Positions 47,949 to 57,184 of a stretch of DNA of 64,000 nt are shown here, piece by piece. Within the stretch, counting starts at the first letter, position 1. Each line of letters opens with the position of its first letter. The position numbers and the translations under genes are program-made. The notes beneath the pieces were generated by a model. It made no database searches, was not told where the DNA came from, and saw nothing but the letters and a program-made list of their open reading frames with translations. This DNA is from an uncultured bacterium (lineage in GTDB: Bacteria > Patescibacteriota > Patescibacteriia > SG8-24 > DYFX01): positions 63,149-127,148 of the forward strand of contig CALCDZ010000003.1 in NCBI GenBank assembly GCA_937900255.1, written 5' to 3'.

Positions 47949-49844
47949 ATGGCGTTCAACCCCGCTGACGCAAAACAGGAACGGCCCGCCGGGAGCGCGG
48001 CCAAGCCCAAGCTGACCGCCGCCGAGCGGCAGCGTTTGGCGCAGGAAGAGCGCATCAAGCTCGAGGAGGAACGCACGTACCGCAAGGGCGTCGTCACCAT
48101 CCGCGACCTGATCGCACCGGCCGCCATGGAGGTCAAGCCGAACCACATCCGGCTCGGCGATCTTCACGTACGCACGCTTTTCGTCGTGACGTATCCGCGC
48201 TACCTGACGCTCGGCTGGTTCACGCCGATCATCAACTTCTCGGCGACGATGGACGTCGGCATGTTCTTCTATCCGGTCCAGCCGGAGATCATCCTCAAGC
48301 AGCTCAAGAACAAGGTCGGCGTGCTCGAGGCCCAGATCATGTCCGACGCCGAGAAGGGCGCGGCGCGCGACCCGCTGCGCGAGACCGCCTTGCGCGACAT
48401 CGAGAAGCTGCGGGACGACCTGACGCAAGGCGTCGAGCATTTCTTCCAGTTCGCCTTGTACGTCACGATGTACGCCCGGTCAGAGAAGGAACTCGACGAC
48501 CTCTCCAACCAGGTCGAGGGCATGTTCGGTTCCAAGCTGATCTACACCAAGCGGGTGCTCTATCAGGCCGAGCAGGGCTTCAACTCGACCCTGCCGATCG
48601 GCAATGACGAGCTGATGATCACCTTCAACATGAACACGAGCCCGATCGCTTCGGGCTTCCCGTTCGTCTCGGCCGACCTCACCTCCGACAACGGCATCCT
48701 CTACGGCATCAACCGCCACAACAACAGCCTGATCCTGTTCGACCGCTTCTCGCTCCAGAACGCGAACGCGATCGTCTTCGCCACTTCCGGCGCGGGCAAG
48801 AGCTACGCCGTGAAGCTTGAGGTGCTCCGCTCCCTCATGGTCGGCACCGAGGTCATCATCATCGACCCGGAGATGGAGTATAAGCACCTCTCCGACGCCG
48901 TCGGGGGCACCTACATCAACATCTCGCTGGCGTCCGATTCCAAGCTCAACGTCTTCGACTTGCCGCGCCCCGTGGGGGAGGACGTCCGTTCCGAGGACAT
49001 CATCCGCTCGGCCGTCATCGCCGTGAAAGGCCTGATGCGCATCGTGTTCGGCGAGGTCACCACCGCCGAGGATTCGATCATCGACCGGGCGCTTCTCGAG
49101 ACCTATGCCAAGAAGGACATCGTGCCGGGCGTCGACCTGGCGACCGTCGAGCCGCCCGTGATGTCCGATTTCCAGCAGGTGCTCGAAGGCATCACCGGCA
49201 CGGAAAACCTCCAGATCAAGCTCCGCAAATATACCGAGGGCACGTTCGCCGGGCTGCTCAACTCGCCGACGACCGTCGAGATGGATAACCCGCTCGTGAC
49301 CTTCAGCGTCCGGGACCTGGAGGACGAGCTGCGTCCGCTCGCCGTCTATACCATCGTCAATTACATCTGGAACGTCGTGCGTTCCGAGCGCAAGAAGCGC
49401 GTCCTGGTGATCGACGAGGCCTGGTGGCTCATGCAGCACGACGACTCCGCCAAGTTCATCTTCGCCCTGGTCAAGCGCTGCCGCAAGTATTTCCTGGGCG
49501 TCACGACCATCACGCAGGACGTCAACGATTTCCTGCGCTCGCCGTACGGCCAGGCGATCGTCACCAACTCGGCGATGCAGTTCCTCCTGAAGCAGTCGCC
49601 CGCGGCCATCGATCTCATCCAGAAGACCTTCCTGCTGACGGAAGGGGAGAAGTACCTGCTGCTCGAGGCGGGCGTCGGCGAAGGCATCTTCTTCGCCGGC
49701 CCGAGGCACGCCGCCATCAAGGTGGTCGCCTCGTACGCCGAAGACCAGCTGATCACCTCCGACCCCCGGCAGCTGCTCGAAATCGAGAACGCCAAGCGGG
49801 AGCTGGAGAAGCAGCTCTTGTCCGGTGCTGAAACCCAAGCCTGA
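47949..49844 (+). CDS. virB4: VirB4-like ATPase
   Basis: GILYGIN, Walker A ATSGAGKS, IIDPEMEY, Walker B VIDEAW, RKY...TQ. Confidence 0.9.
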   Translation: MAFNPADAKQERPAGSAAKPKLTAAERQRLAQEERIKLEEERTYRKGVVTIRDLIAPAAMEVKPNHIRLGDLHVRTLFVVTYPRYLTLGWFTPIINFSATMDVGMFFYPVQPEIILKQLKNKVGVLEAQIMSDAEKGAARDPLRETALRDIEKLRDDLTQGVEHFFQFALYVTMYARSEKELDDLSNQVEGMFGSKLIYTKRVLYQAEQGFNSTLPIGNDELMITFNMNTSPIASGFPFVSADLTSDNGILYGINRHNNSLILFDRFSLQNANAIVFATSGAGKSYAVKLEVLRSLMVGTEVIIIDPEMEYKHLSDAVGGTYINISLASDSKLNVFDLPRPVGEDVRSEDIIRSAVIAVKGLMRIVFGEVTTAEDSIIDRALLETYAKKDIVPGVDLATVEPPVMSDFQQVLEGITGTENLQIKLRKYTEGTFAGLLNSPTTVEMDNPLVTFSVRDLEDELRPLAVYTIVNYIWNVVRSERKKRVLVIDEAWWLMQHDDSAKFIFALVKRCRKYFLGVTTITQDVNDFLRSPYGQAIVTNSAMQFLLKQSPAAIDLIQKTFLLTEGEKYLLLEAGVGEGIFFAGPRHAAIKVVASYAEDQLITSDPRQLLEIENAKRELEKQLLSGAETQA

Positions 49845-49849
49845 AACCT

Positions 49850-50431
49850 ATGACTGCCCGAAGACGCGCCATCCTGATCGTCATCCTGGCCCTGCTGCTC
49901 GTCGCGATCCTGGCGACGGCGATCTGGCTCCTTTTCCGGAAGGCGAAGCCGACTTCCATCTACGTCCCGCAGCGCGTGGATTCCGCGACCTCCCAGCCGG
50001 CGGCCGTGCCCGCTATGCCCAACCCGCTCGCTCCGGCTGTCCAGGTTTCGGCCGGAAGCACGGCCGCCGCCCAAATGGCCGAGCTGTTCGCCGAGCGTTA
50101 CGGGAGCTACTCCAATCAAGGGAACTTCGGGAACCTCAAGGATCTCCTGCCCGTCATGACCGCCACGTATCGCGCGGCGACGGAAGCCTACCTCGCCGCC
50201 GCCAAGCCGTCCGACGCGGCCGATTACCAAGGAGTGACCAGCGTGAAGATTTCCACCAAAGTCCGGTCGTATGACGCTTCGGCCGGCACGGCCACGGTCG
50301 CCGTCATGCTGCAGCAGCAGAAGAGCGCCGGCGCTTCCGTCACGCCGTCCATCAGTTACCGCTCCCTCAAGATGACCCTCAAGAAGTCCGGTTCCGATTG
50401 GAGGGTCGATTCCGCCGCTTGGGAGAATTGA
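49850..50431 (+). CDS. Bitopic membrane protein, VirB8/TcpC-like (NTF2-like) candidate
   Basis: N-terminal TM; FAERYGSYS helix; C-terminal beta strands ending LKKSGSDWRVD. Confidence 0.6.
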   Translation: MTARRRAILIVILALLLVAILATAIWLLFRKAKPTSIYVPQRVDSATSQPAAVPAMPNPLAPAVQVSAGSTAAAQMAELFAERYGSYSNQGNFGNLKDLLPVMTATYRAATEAYLAAAKPSDAADYQGVTSVKISTKVRSYDASAGTATVAVMLQQQKSAGASVTPSISYRSLKMTLKKSGSDWRVDSAAWEN

Positions 50432-50465
50432 CAGCCGCTCCCCGGAAACGCTAGGACGCGCCCGT

Positions 50466-51113
50466 ATGGGGCGCGTTTTGGATTTCCTGTTTCCGCTCGA
50501 ATGTCTGGCCTGCGGTGCGGCCGGGTCGCATTGCTGTCCAAGCTGCGTCGCCGAAGTCGATCTGTCGCCCAAGACGTTCCAGGCCGGGACCTTGCGCGCG
50601 GCAGCGGCGTATCCGTACGCCATCCCGCTCGTCCGCAGGCTGATCCATGACCTCAAATATGAGCGCTGGACCTGCGCGGCCGAGCCGATCGGAGCCTTGG
50701 CCCGCCGCTGGGCGTCCAAGGACGGGACGTCGTTCTGCGGGGAAGAGGCCATCCTGGTGCCCGTGCCGCTCTCCATCAGGAAGTCCGGCGAGCGCGGCTT
50801 CAATCAGGCGGCGATGATCGCCGATGCCTTGGCCTGGGAGTTGGGGTTGCGTCGCAGCGACAAGCTGCTGGCCCGGCGCCGCGAGACCGCGCCGCAAGTC
50901 TCGGTCGAGGACCGCGCCAAGAACCTCGCGGGCGCGTTCGAAGCGCGCGTGCCGGAACGGTGGCGCGACCGTCCGCTTGTCCTGGTCGACGACATCTGGA
51001 CGACCGGATCGACCATGCAGGAATGCGCCGCGGCGCTCCGAACCGCCGGCGCGTCGGACATCAGGGGATTCGCCCTGGCCTGGGGGAGTCCCAAGCCGGA
51101 TACGGACCGCTGA
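50466..51113 (+). CDS. comF: ComF family protein (zinc ribbon + PRTase)
   Basis: LFPLECLAC...CPSC, LVPVPL, RGFNQA, LVDDIWTTGST; TTGACA at 50428 upstream. Confidence 0.9.
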   Translation: MGRVLDFLFPLECLACGAAGSHCCPSCVAEVDLSPKTFQAGTLRAAAAYPYAIPLVRRLIHDLKYERWTCAAEPIGALARRWASKDGTSFCGEEAILVPVPLSIRKSGERGFNQAAMIADALAWELGLRRSDKLLARRRETAPQVSVEDRAKNLAGAFEARVPERWRDRPLVLVDDIWTTGSTMQECAAALRTAGASDIRGFALAWGSPKPDTDR

Positions 51114-51148
51114 CAGCCTCCCCGGGCTATGTTAGGCTGACCATGCGC

Positions 51149-51236
51149 GGAGGGGTGGCCGAGCGGTTTAAGGCAACGGTCTTGAAAACCGTCATCCCGC
51201 AAGGGATCGTGAGTTCGAATCTCACCCCCTCCGCCA
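51149..51236 (+). tRNA. tRNA-Ser(TGA)
   Basis: GGAGGGGTGGCCGAGCGG...ACGGT-CTTGAAA-ACCGT, long variable arm, GTTCGAATC, GCCA end. Confidence 0.96.
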
Positions 51237-51370
51237 CGACAATTTCTTATCGGACGACCCGCTTGGCCCAAATAGCCCCCGGAGCCCGGTAGGGGTTGTG
51301 GAATCGGATGCTGCTTTTTCATGCGTGATGTGTGGGCGACCCCTGGATTACTACTGGATTTTTTGAATAT

Positions 51371-51781
51371 ATGTCCAAAAATGATCATGAAAACGCGAGC
51401 AACGCTACGGAAAAGCTGCTCGACGCCCTCTTCTCTAACGGGGAGAAGGAAAAAACACTGGTATGGCCCATCGCGACCGGTCGGCATGTCAAGATAGCGA
51501 AGTACAAGCAGAAGAAGCGCTGGTACTTGGACACCGACCTCCATACCGATTTTTCATGTGTGAATTATTCAGATAAGGGGAAGGACATCCTACGAGAGAT
51601 CGCAACTACAGGGCAGTTGTCGGATGAGGTACGCATCGAAAATGGACCGGGCCCGTGCGTTTTTACTATTTCCTTTTCCAACGACACCGAGAATGGTGCA
51701 CGCTGGACGTATGGTGTCTGGCTGGAAACGCTCAAGACAATTATTCAGGACGACACTGCAGTGCAGACGATAAAACTTTAG
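51371..51781 (+). CDS. Hypothetical protein (low GC)
   Basis: AT-rich ORF directly after tRNA-Ser. Confidence 0.5.
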   Translation: MSKNDHENASNATEKLLDALFSNGEKEKTLVWPIATGRHVKIAKYKQKKRWYLDTDLHTDFSCVNYSDKGKDILREIATTGQLSDEVRIENGPGPCVFTISFSNDTENGARWTYGVWLETLKTIIQDDTAVQTIKL

Positions 51782-51964
51782 ATTCAGTGGTGGGTAATGT
51801 AAGGCGGTGCGACATTTTCTGGTGTACACATATGTCTCAAACCGAGTCGCTAACCTGACCCCCGAAAAAGCCCTAACATATCCAGAGGTTTGGGGGTACT
51901 GAACTCCAAGACACCGCCAAAAGAAGGCGATGCTCGAAAACGGCATAGGTCAAAACCATCTTCA

Positions 51965-52390
51965 ATGACATACTCATCATCGGCTTCGATCGTCATCAAC
52001 GCGCCATTGGAAAAGGTCTGGGAGGCGCTCATCACTCCTGAACAGGTGGAACGGTATTTTTTCGGCACGAAACTGGTCACGGACTGGAACGTCGGTTCGC
52101 CCATATTTTTCCGTGGAGAGTACGGCGGTAAGGCTTATGAGGACAAGGGACGCGTCCTCGCGTTCACGCCGATGGAAAGCCTGTCCTTCAGCTACTGGAG
52201 CGGCTTCAGCGGGCTTGAAGACAAGCCGGAGTCCTACCAAGTGATCCGCTACGGGCTGGAACGATCGCCGGACGGCATCAAGGTGACCATCGACCAATCG
52301 AACGTCGATACGCAGGAACGGGCAGACCACTCCGCCAAAAACTGGGAGACCGTCCTCGCCGGATTGAAGAGATTCGTCGAAGGGGAATGA
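51965..52390 (+). CDS. SRPBCC/AHSA1 domain protein
   Basis: INAPLEKVWEALITPE, TDWNVGS, WETVLAGLKRFVE. Confidence 0.88.
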   Translation: MTYSSSASIVINAPLEKVWEALITPEQVERYFFGTKLVTDWNVGSPIFFRGEYGGKAYEDKGRVLAFTPMESLSFSYWSGFSGLEDKPESYQVIRYGLERSPDGIKVTIDQSNVDTQERADHSAKNWETVLAGLKRFVEGE

Positions 52391-52394
52391 TGCC

Positions 52395-52946
52395 ATGGGC
52401 AGCAAAGCCGTGACGGAAAAATACGTGGCGTTCCTGCGCGGCATCAACGTCGGCGGGAACAAGAAGGTCGAGATGGCGAGGCTCAGGAAGGTGTTCACGT
52501 CCATGGGTTTCTCAGGCGTCTCCACCTACATCAATTCAGGGAACGTCATCTTCCGCGCGGGAAAAAAAGATTTTTCCCGCATAGAGGCGGCGCTGGAAAA
52601 GGCTTTCGGCTTCAAGATCGACGTCATCATCCGCGATGAGGAAAATATCCGGAAGCTCTGCGGAAAAATACCGGCCGGATTCCAAAATGACACGATACAG
52701 AAGACGGACGTCCTTTTCCTGAAGAGCGAATTCGACAAGAAGGGCACCATCGATTTGTTGCGCACGAACCCCGAAGTCGATACGCTCCTGTATGCGCCCG
52801 GGGCGATCGTTTGGAGCGTCAAAAGAAGCTCGTATGCCAAGAGCGGGATGAAGAACTTCATCGGCTCTGTGGTCTATAAGAACATGACGGCGCGGAACGT
52901 GAATACGGTGAGGAAAATTTCCGACCTGCTCCTGGAGGGTGAATGA
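52395..52946 (+). CDS. DUF1697 family protein
   Basis: YVAFLRGINVGG, TYINSGNVIF, TARNVNTV. Confidence 0.88.
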   Translation: MGSKAVTEKYVAFLRGINVGGNKKVEMARLRKVFTSMGFSGVSTYINSGNVIFRAGKKDFSRIEAALEKAFGFKIDVIIRDEENIRKLCGKIPAGFQNDTIQKTDVLFLKSEFDKKGTIDLLRTNPEVDTLLYAPGAIVWSVKRSSYAKSGMKNFIGSVVYKNMTARNVNTVRKISDLLLEGE

Positions 52947-52958
52947 TCCAAGAAACAT

Positions 52959-53786
52959 ATGCATACACGCATCGACAAATATCTCTTCGCCGCGGCGCTC
53001 CTGGTCCTGATGGGCGCGGGTTGCCGTGTCCGCCCTTCGGTCAAGCCACAACCCTACTTTCCTACGCCTACCCCAGGTCCGCAGGTCGTCGGTACTGCGC
53101 TCATCGATCTGAACGGCGACGGCAAAAAGGAACAGATCGCGCTGTCGCTCTCGTATGCTGCCGGCATCCCGTATCCTCACCATTCGCTTCGCATCGACGA
53201 TCAGACGATCGACATCCCCGAACAAAGCAACCCGACCGGCCATTTCGGCATCGTCAAGATCGGCGGTTCCGATCCAAAAACCGGATACCCATTGCGACAG
53301 ATCGCCTTGGGCGACGAAGGGCCCAGCAGCGACCCGACGACGCGCTTCTATGGATATGACGGAAGCAAGATCCTCTTTTTGGGCCAGACGCAAGATTTCT
53401 ACGAGAACATGCGCTTTGCCGGCGATGGCACCTTCACCACCATGAGTCGCGGGCGTATCCTTGACACTTGGTTCCACCAGGATGATTTCAAGCTGGAGAA
53501 TGGCCATATCATTCACGTGCCGCGTGCACTCTACGAAAGATCGACGCCCGTCACCCTGCTCGTGCCGATGACGTTCCAGAGGTCGCCTAAGGACGCCTCG
53601 CCGGCGTTCCGACTCGAGCAGGGGAGCAAGGCCGTCATCACGGCCTGCGACGACATCGCTTGGTGCCGCATCACGGCGGATGGGCGAACGGGCTGGTTCA
53701 AGATCCAAGATTACGGCGACATCGTGGTGAAAGGAAAGCCTCTACATGGAGGCGAGGTCTTCGATGGGCTTTCTTTCGCGGACTGA
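52959..53786 (+). CDS. Lipoprotein with C-terminal SH3b-like domain
   Basis: LMGAGC lipobox; DLNGDGKKE; DEGPSSDP; WCRITADGRTGWF. Confidence 0.75.
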   Translation: MHTRIDKYLFAAALLVLMGAGCRVRPSVKPQPYFPTPTPGPQVVGTALIDLNGDGKKEQIALSLSYAAGIPYPHHSLRIDDQTIDIPEQSNPTGHFGIVKIGGSDPKTGYPLRQIALGDEGPSSDPTTRFYGYDGSKILFLGQTQDFYENMRFAGDGTFTTMSRGRILDTWFHQDDFKLENGHIIHVPRALYERSTPVTLLVPMTFQRSPKDASPAFRLEQGSKAVITACDDIAWCRITADGRTGWFKIQDYGDIVVKGKPLHGGEVFDGLSFAD

Positions 53787-53816
53787 GCGTCTTAAATGCG
53801 CACATAAATGAATACT

Positions 53817-54452
53817 ATGACGACACATCAAGAGATCATCGCCGCGCTCAAGAGGCGCTACGCCGTGAACGCCTTCGACCTTTCCAAGAAAGTCAGCGAT
53901 GAGGACCTGCGGACGATCCTTGAGTCCGGTATCCTCGCCCCGAGCAGCTTCGGTCTTGAACCGTGGAAGTTCGTGGTCGTGACGGACCCGGAAGTCCGCC
54001 TGAAGCTGCGCCAGGTCGGTTTCGATCAGGCCAAGATCGTCGAAGCGTCGCATCTCGTCGTCATCGCCCAGCGGACGGATGCGGAAGCGCTCGTCGCGGA
54101 ACGCGCCGCGCGCCTGGCGGCCGCGACCGGGAAGCCTGCGGAGGCTTTCGACGGCTTCGTCCGGATGGCGGGAGGCGCCGTCGCCGGCAGGCCGGAGGAT
54201 GCGCGGCAGTCGTGGTTGAAGGCGCAGTGCTACATCCCGCTCGGCATCATGGTCGAGACGGCGTCCCTTCTCGGCGTCGATTCGGCCCCCATGGAGGGCT
54301 TCATGCCCGACCAGGTCGATGTCATCCTCGGGCTGAAAGCGAAGAACCTGACCGCGGCGACGTTCCTGGCCCTCGGCTACCGCGCCGAGAGTGCCATGAC
54401 GACCCCTCCCAAGGGACGTAGGCCCTACGAGGAAGCGGTCGAGACCGCTTGA
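53817..54452 (+). CDS. Nitroreductase family protein (NfsB-like)
   Basis: RRYAVNAFD, LAPSSFGLEPWKFVVV, GVDSAPMEGF, LALGYR. Confidence 0.9.
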   Translation: MTTHQEIIAALKRRYAVNAFDLSKKVSDEDLRTILESGILAPSSFGLEPWKFVVVTDPEVRLKLRQVGFDQAKIVEASHLVVIAQRTDAEALVAERAARLAAATGKPAEAFDGFVRMAGGAVAGRPEDARQSWLKAQCYIPLGIMVETASLLGVDSAPMEGFMPDQVDVILGLKAKNLTAATFLALGYRAESAMTTPPKGRRPYEEAVETA

Positions 54453-54470
54453 CCCGCCTGTGAAAAAGAG

Positions 54471-54494
54471 ACCGGCCTGCTCAAGGCCGGTTTT
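54471..54494 (+). terminator. Intrinsic terminator
   Basis: ACCGGCCT-GCTCA-AGGCCGGT followed by TTT. Confidence 0.65.
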
Positions 54495-54548
54495 GTGATT
54501 CATGTAAAGAAAGACCTCTCCCGAGCGGGAGAGGTAGGAGGCACGTCA

Positions 54549-55130
54549 TCATGGTAAGCCCGGACAGTCTATTGGGCAACTGAGGGAGTTCTCATAAGGG
54601 ATTTGGCATAGGGCATCTCCGCAACGATGGCAGTCGTCAGCGCAGTTCGAACCGTTTTCGAACGGCGCTTGGCAGACCGCGTCCCCGCAGACATGGCAAT
54701 CGGTGGGGCAGTTCGCTGCCGTCTCGTTCTTGGTTCTCTCGCACCTTGCGTCGCCGCATCTGGGCGGGTCGCAGTCCATCCAGCAACGCGCCGCGTTCTC
54801 GCCCTTGTAAGCCTCACAGACGCGGTCGCCGCAGACGGCCGGAGCGCAATCCGTCTTGCAACCGGTTTCGGTCTCGCCCTTGCGCTTCTCGCAGACATGG
54901 TCGCCACAGACGGCAGCTGCGCAGTCGGACGGGCAGTTTGCCGCTGTCTCATCCTTCGCGGCCTCGCATGCGTCGTCCCCGCACATCGGCGGGGCGCAAT
55001 CCTGCGGGCAGGCCTGCGCCGTTTCGTCTTCGGTGCACTCCTCGTCGCCGCAGACGTCCGTCTGGCTCGTGCCGCACCCGATCGTCATGAGCGCTGATAA
55101 GATGATGATCGCGCCGATCGTGAATCGCAT
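54549..55130 (-). CDS. Lipoprotein composed of 7 Cys-rich CGDxxC...E....CxxDC repeats
   Basis: GGAGG SD; lipobox TIGC; seven 4-Cys repeats; hairpin ACCTCTCCC/GGGAGAGGT downstream. Confidence 0.8.
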   Translation of the reverse strand: MRFTIGAIIILSALMTIGCGTSQTDVCGDEECTEDETAQACPQDCAPPMCGDDACEAAKDETAANCPSDCAAAVCGDHVCEKRKGETETGCKTDCAPAVCGDRVCEAYKGENAARCWMDCDPPRCGDARCERTKNETAANCPTDCHVCGDAVCQAPFENGSNCADDCHRCGDALCQIPYENSLSCPIDCPGLP

Positions 55131-55220
55131 TTTTCCTCCGTCGTAGCACGCGTGATTGCGTTCCGATGTCTTATCATGGAAAATGGAAAATGTCAACCTC
55201 ACCGTCACCAAGCGATTCTC

Positions 55221-56006
55221 ATGCCCAGCTACCTGAAGATCGATCCGCACATGACGCCGCAGGAGCTCCGCCAGCAGGCGTATCGGGAAAAATACAAGGC
55301 TTCGGAACCCGCCTGGGAGGATTCCGTCATGCGGCTCGCCAGGCTGTTCCGGGAACATGCCGCTCCGGACATGACGGTCCTGGATGCCGGCTGCGGGCGA
55401 GCCAACTACGTTCTTGAATCGAACAGCGCATCGCTCCGGCGCGTCATCGGCGTGGATGCGTCGAAGGAAGCGACAGAAGGCAATACGCTCGCCGACCCGA
55501 TCGTCGTCGCGGATTTGGAGGCGCTGCCTTTCGAGGACGGCCTCTTCGATGCCGTCACGAGCCTATGGGTGCTGGAACACGTCCGGAGCCCGGAGCGGGT
55601 TTTCCGCGAGATCCGCCGCGTCCTGAAACCGGGCGGCAAGTTCTTCTTCGTGACGCCGTACGCCTTTTCCTACGTGCTCCTGGCGAAGCGGCTGCTCGGC
55701 GGGCGGTTCACGTCCTTCGTCCTCGCGAAGCTCTACGGCCGCACGGAAGACGACACGTTCCGGACGGAATACGCCGCCAACACCGCGCGCGATCTCCGCA
55801 GGCTGCTCGCGGAAGCGGGGATGCGCGAGCTCACGCTCATCGAAAACCCGGACCCCAGCTACCTCGCGTTCGGCCCCTTCTTCTACCGCCTCGCCCTCCT
55901 CATCCAACGCCTCGCAAGCCTCCTCGGCCTCAAGATCGCGACGATGCATCTGGTGGGCGTGTTCGAAAAGCCCGAAGATTCGGAGTCGGGCCGCAGCCTG
56001 GATTGA
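55221..56006 (+). CDS. Class I SAM-dependent methyltransferase (type 11)
   Basis: VLDAGCG, IGVD, LPFEDGLFD, VLEHV, RVLKPGG. Confidence 0.88.
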   Translation: MPSYLKIDPHMTPQELRQQAYREKYKASEPAWEDSVMRLARLFREHAAPDMTVLDAGCGRANYVLESNSASLRRVIGVDASKEATEGNTLADPIVVADLEALPFEDGLFDAVTSLWVLEHVRSPERVFREIRRVLKPGGKFFFVTPYAFSYVLLAKRLLGGRFTSFVLAKLYGRTEDDTFRTEYAANTARDLRRLLAEAGMRELTLIENPDPSYLAFGPFFYRLALLIQRLASLLGLKIATMHLVGVFEKPEDSESGRSLD

Positions 56007-56062
56007 CGGTCAAAACCGCCGCCCTTACGATGATGAGGTCATCCCTGAAATGCCATATGTCC

Positions 56063-56992
56063 ATGGAAAGCATGAGCATCGCCGACCTCCCGTCCGGACG
56101 CAGGGCCTACAGGCTGTTCGGCGATCCCTCGAGCCCTTGCGTCGTCATCGAGACCGCGTTGGCCGCTTCATGCGCCGAATGGTGGCATCTTGCCGAACGG
56201 TGGTCCAAGGAATTCCGCGTGCTGGTCCATGACCGGGCCGGTTACGGGGCGAGCGGGAAGCCCCAGCGTCCGCGGTCGCCCGAGCATGTCGCGGAGGAGC
56301 TTCTTGAGCTGCTGGATCATCTCGGTATCGCCCGCGCGACGCTTCTAGGACATTCGCTGGGCGGGCTTTTCGCCTTCGTCTTCTCGAGACGCTTTCCCGA
56401 GAGGGCCAGCGCGTTGGTCCTGGTCGATCCGGTCTCGTTCGAGGAGCCGAGGTTCAAGAGAGAGCTTTCAAAGGACGAATATCGCCGCAGCGGGATCGAT
56501 AAAGGATTCAACCTGAAGATCGGCCTTTATCTCTGCTCGGCCGGTCTCGGCGGGCTCCTGCGCCCTCTCCTCAAGAAATCGCCGCCCTTCCATTACTATG
56601 ACGGCTTCTCCAAGGAAGCGGAGCGCCGGATCCTGGAAAACGCCACGAGCCGGAGGATGTACGGGGCGGCCATAGGGGAGTACGCCTTCATCAAAGACGA
56701 TCGCGCCATGCGCGCGCTGGGCGAGATGCCCGGAAATCCTTCCATCCCTTTGTACCTGATCTGCCATACGCCCGAAGTGATGGAGAAGGAGATCGCCTAT
56801 TACGGCAACGCCCCGCTCGAGGCGGCCGCAAGGATCGAAGCGCTGTGGCGCGACGTGATGTCCGCGTATCTCAAGACCTCCACGGACTCCTGCCTCATCC
56901 AAGCCCGGAACAGCGGCCACTCGATCCACCTGACCGACCCCGAGACCATCCTGGACGCCATCAGAGCTTCCGTCGGTCATCACGGCAAGTGA
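56063..56992 (+). CDS. Alpha/beta hydrolase
   Basis: DRAGYGAS, GHSLGG nucleophile elbow, SGHSIH; TTGACG-17-TACGAT promoter at 56003-56031; start could be 56057-56072. Confidence 0.88.
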   Translation: MESMSIADLPSGRRAYRLFGDPSSPCVVIETALAASCAEWWHLAERWSKEFRVLVHDRAGYGASGKPQRPRSPEHVAEELLELLDHLGIARATLLGHSLGGLFAFVFSRRFPERASALVLVDPVSFEEPRFKRELSKDEYRRSGIDKGFNLKIGLYLCSAGLGGLLRPLLKKSPPFHYYDGFSKEAERRILENATSRRMYGAAIGEYAFIKDDRAMRALGEMPGNPSIPLYLICHTPEVMEKEIAYYGNAPLEAAARIEALWRDVMSAYLKTSTDSCLIQARNSGHSIHLTDPETILDAIRASVGHHGK

Positions 56993-57034
56993 GGGGTGAA
57001 AGCAAAACACACCACTCGCGTGATGTGTCTTGCA

Positions 57035-57123
57035 TGGCGGAGGGTGTGGGGATCGAACCCACAAGACCAGTTGCCCGGTCGCAGTTTAGCAAACTGCTGC
57101 CTTACCATTCGGCGCAACCCTCC
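57035..57123 (-). tRNA. tRNA-Ser(GCT)
   Basis: Reverse complement GGAGGGTTGCGCCGAATGG...GCAGT-TTGCTAA-ACTGC, long variable arm, GGTTCGATCC, GCCA end. Confidence 0.95.
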
Positions 57124-57184
57124 TCGTGCGGGGTCATCCTACGCCATTCCGAAAGCCTTGTAAAGCGTGCTATACTGTCCCCAT

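Noticed and set aside
51149-51236. tRNA with TGA anticodon read as a selenocysteine or suppressor tRNA
   Set aside because: Anticodon TGA reads UCA (Ser); a Sec or opal suppressor tRNA would have anticodon TCA.
32641-51236. T4SS locus as an ICE integrated at tRNA-Ser
   Set aside because: No integrase, relaxase or att repeat seen; codon style matches core genes; housekeeping comF lies between the locus and the tRNA.
51782-51964. Possible IS end or ncRNA in an AT-richer intergenic stretch
   Set aside because: No convincing inverted repeats, transposase remnant or recognisable RNA family by eye; an Rfam/ISfinder search would be needed.
54549-55060. Periodic nucleotide repeats as a CRISPR array
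   Set aside because: Degenerate, in-frame codon repeats of a Cys-rich protein; no identical direct repeats and no cas genes.
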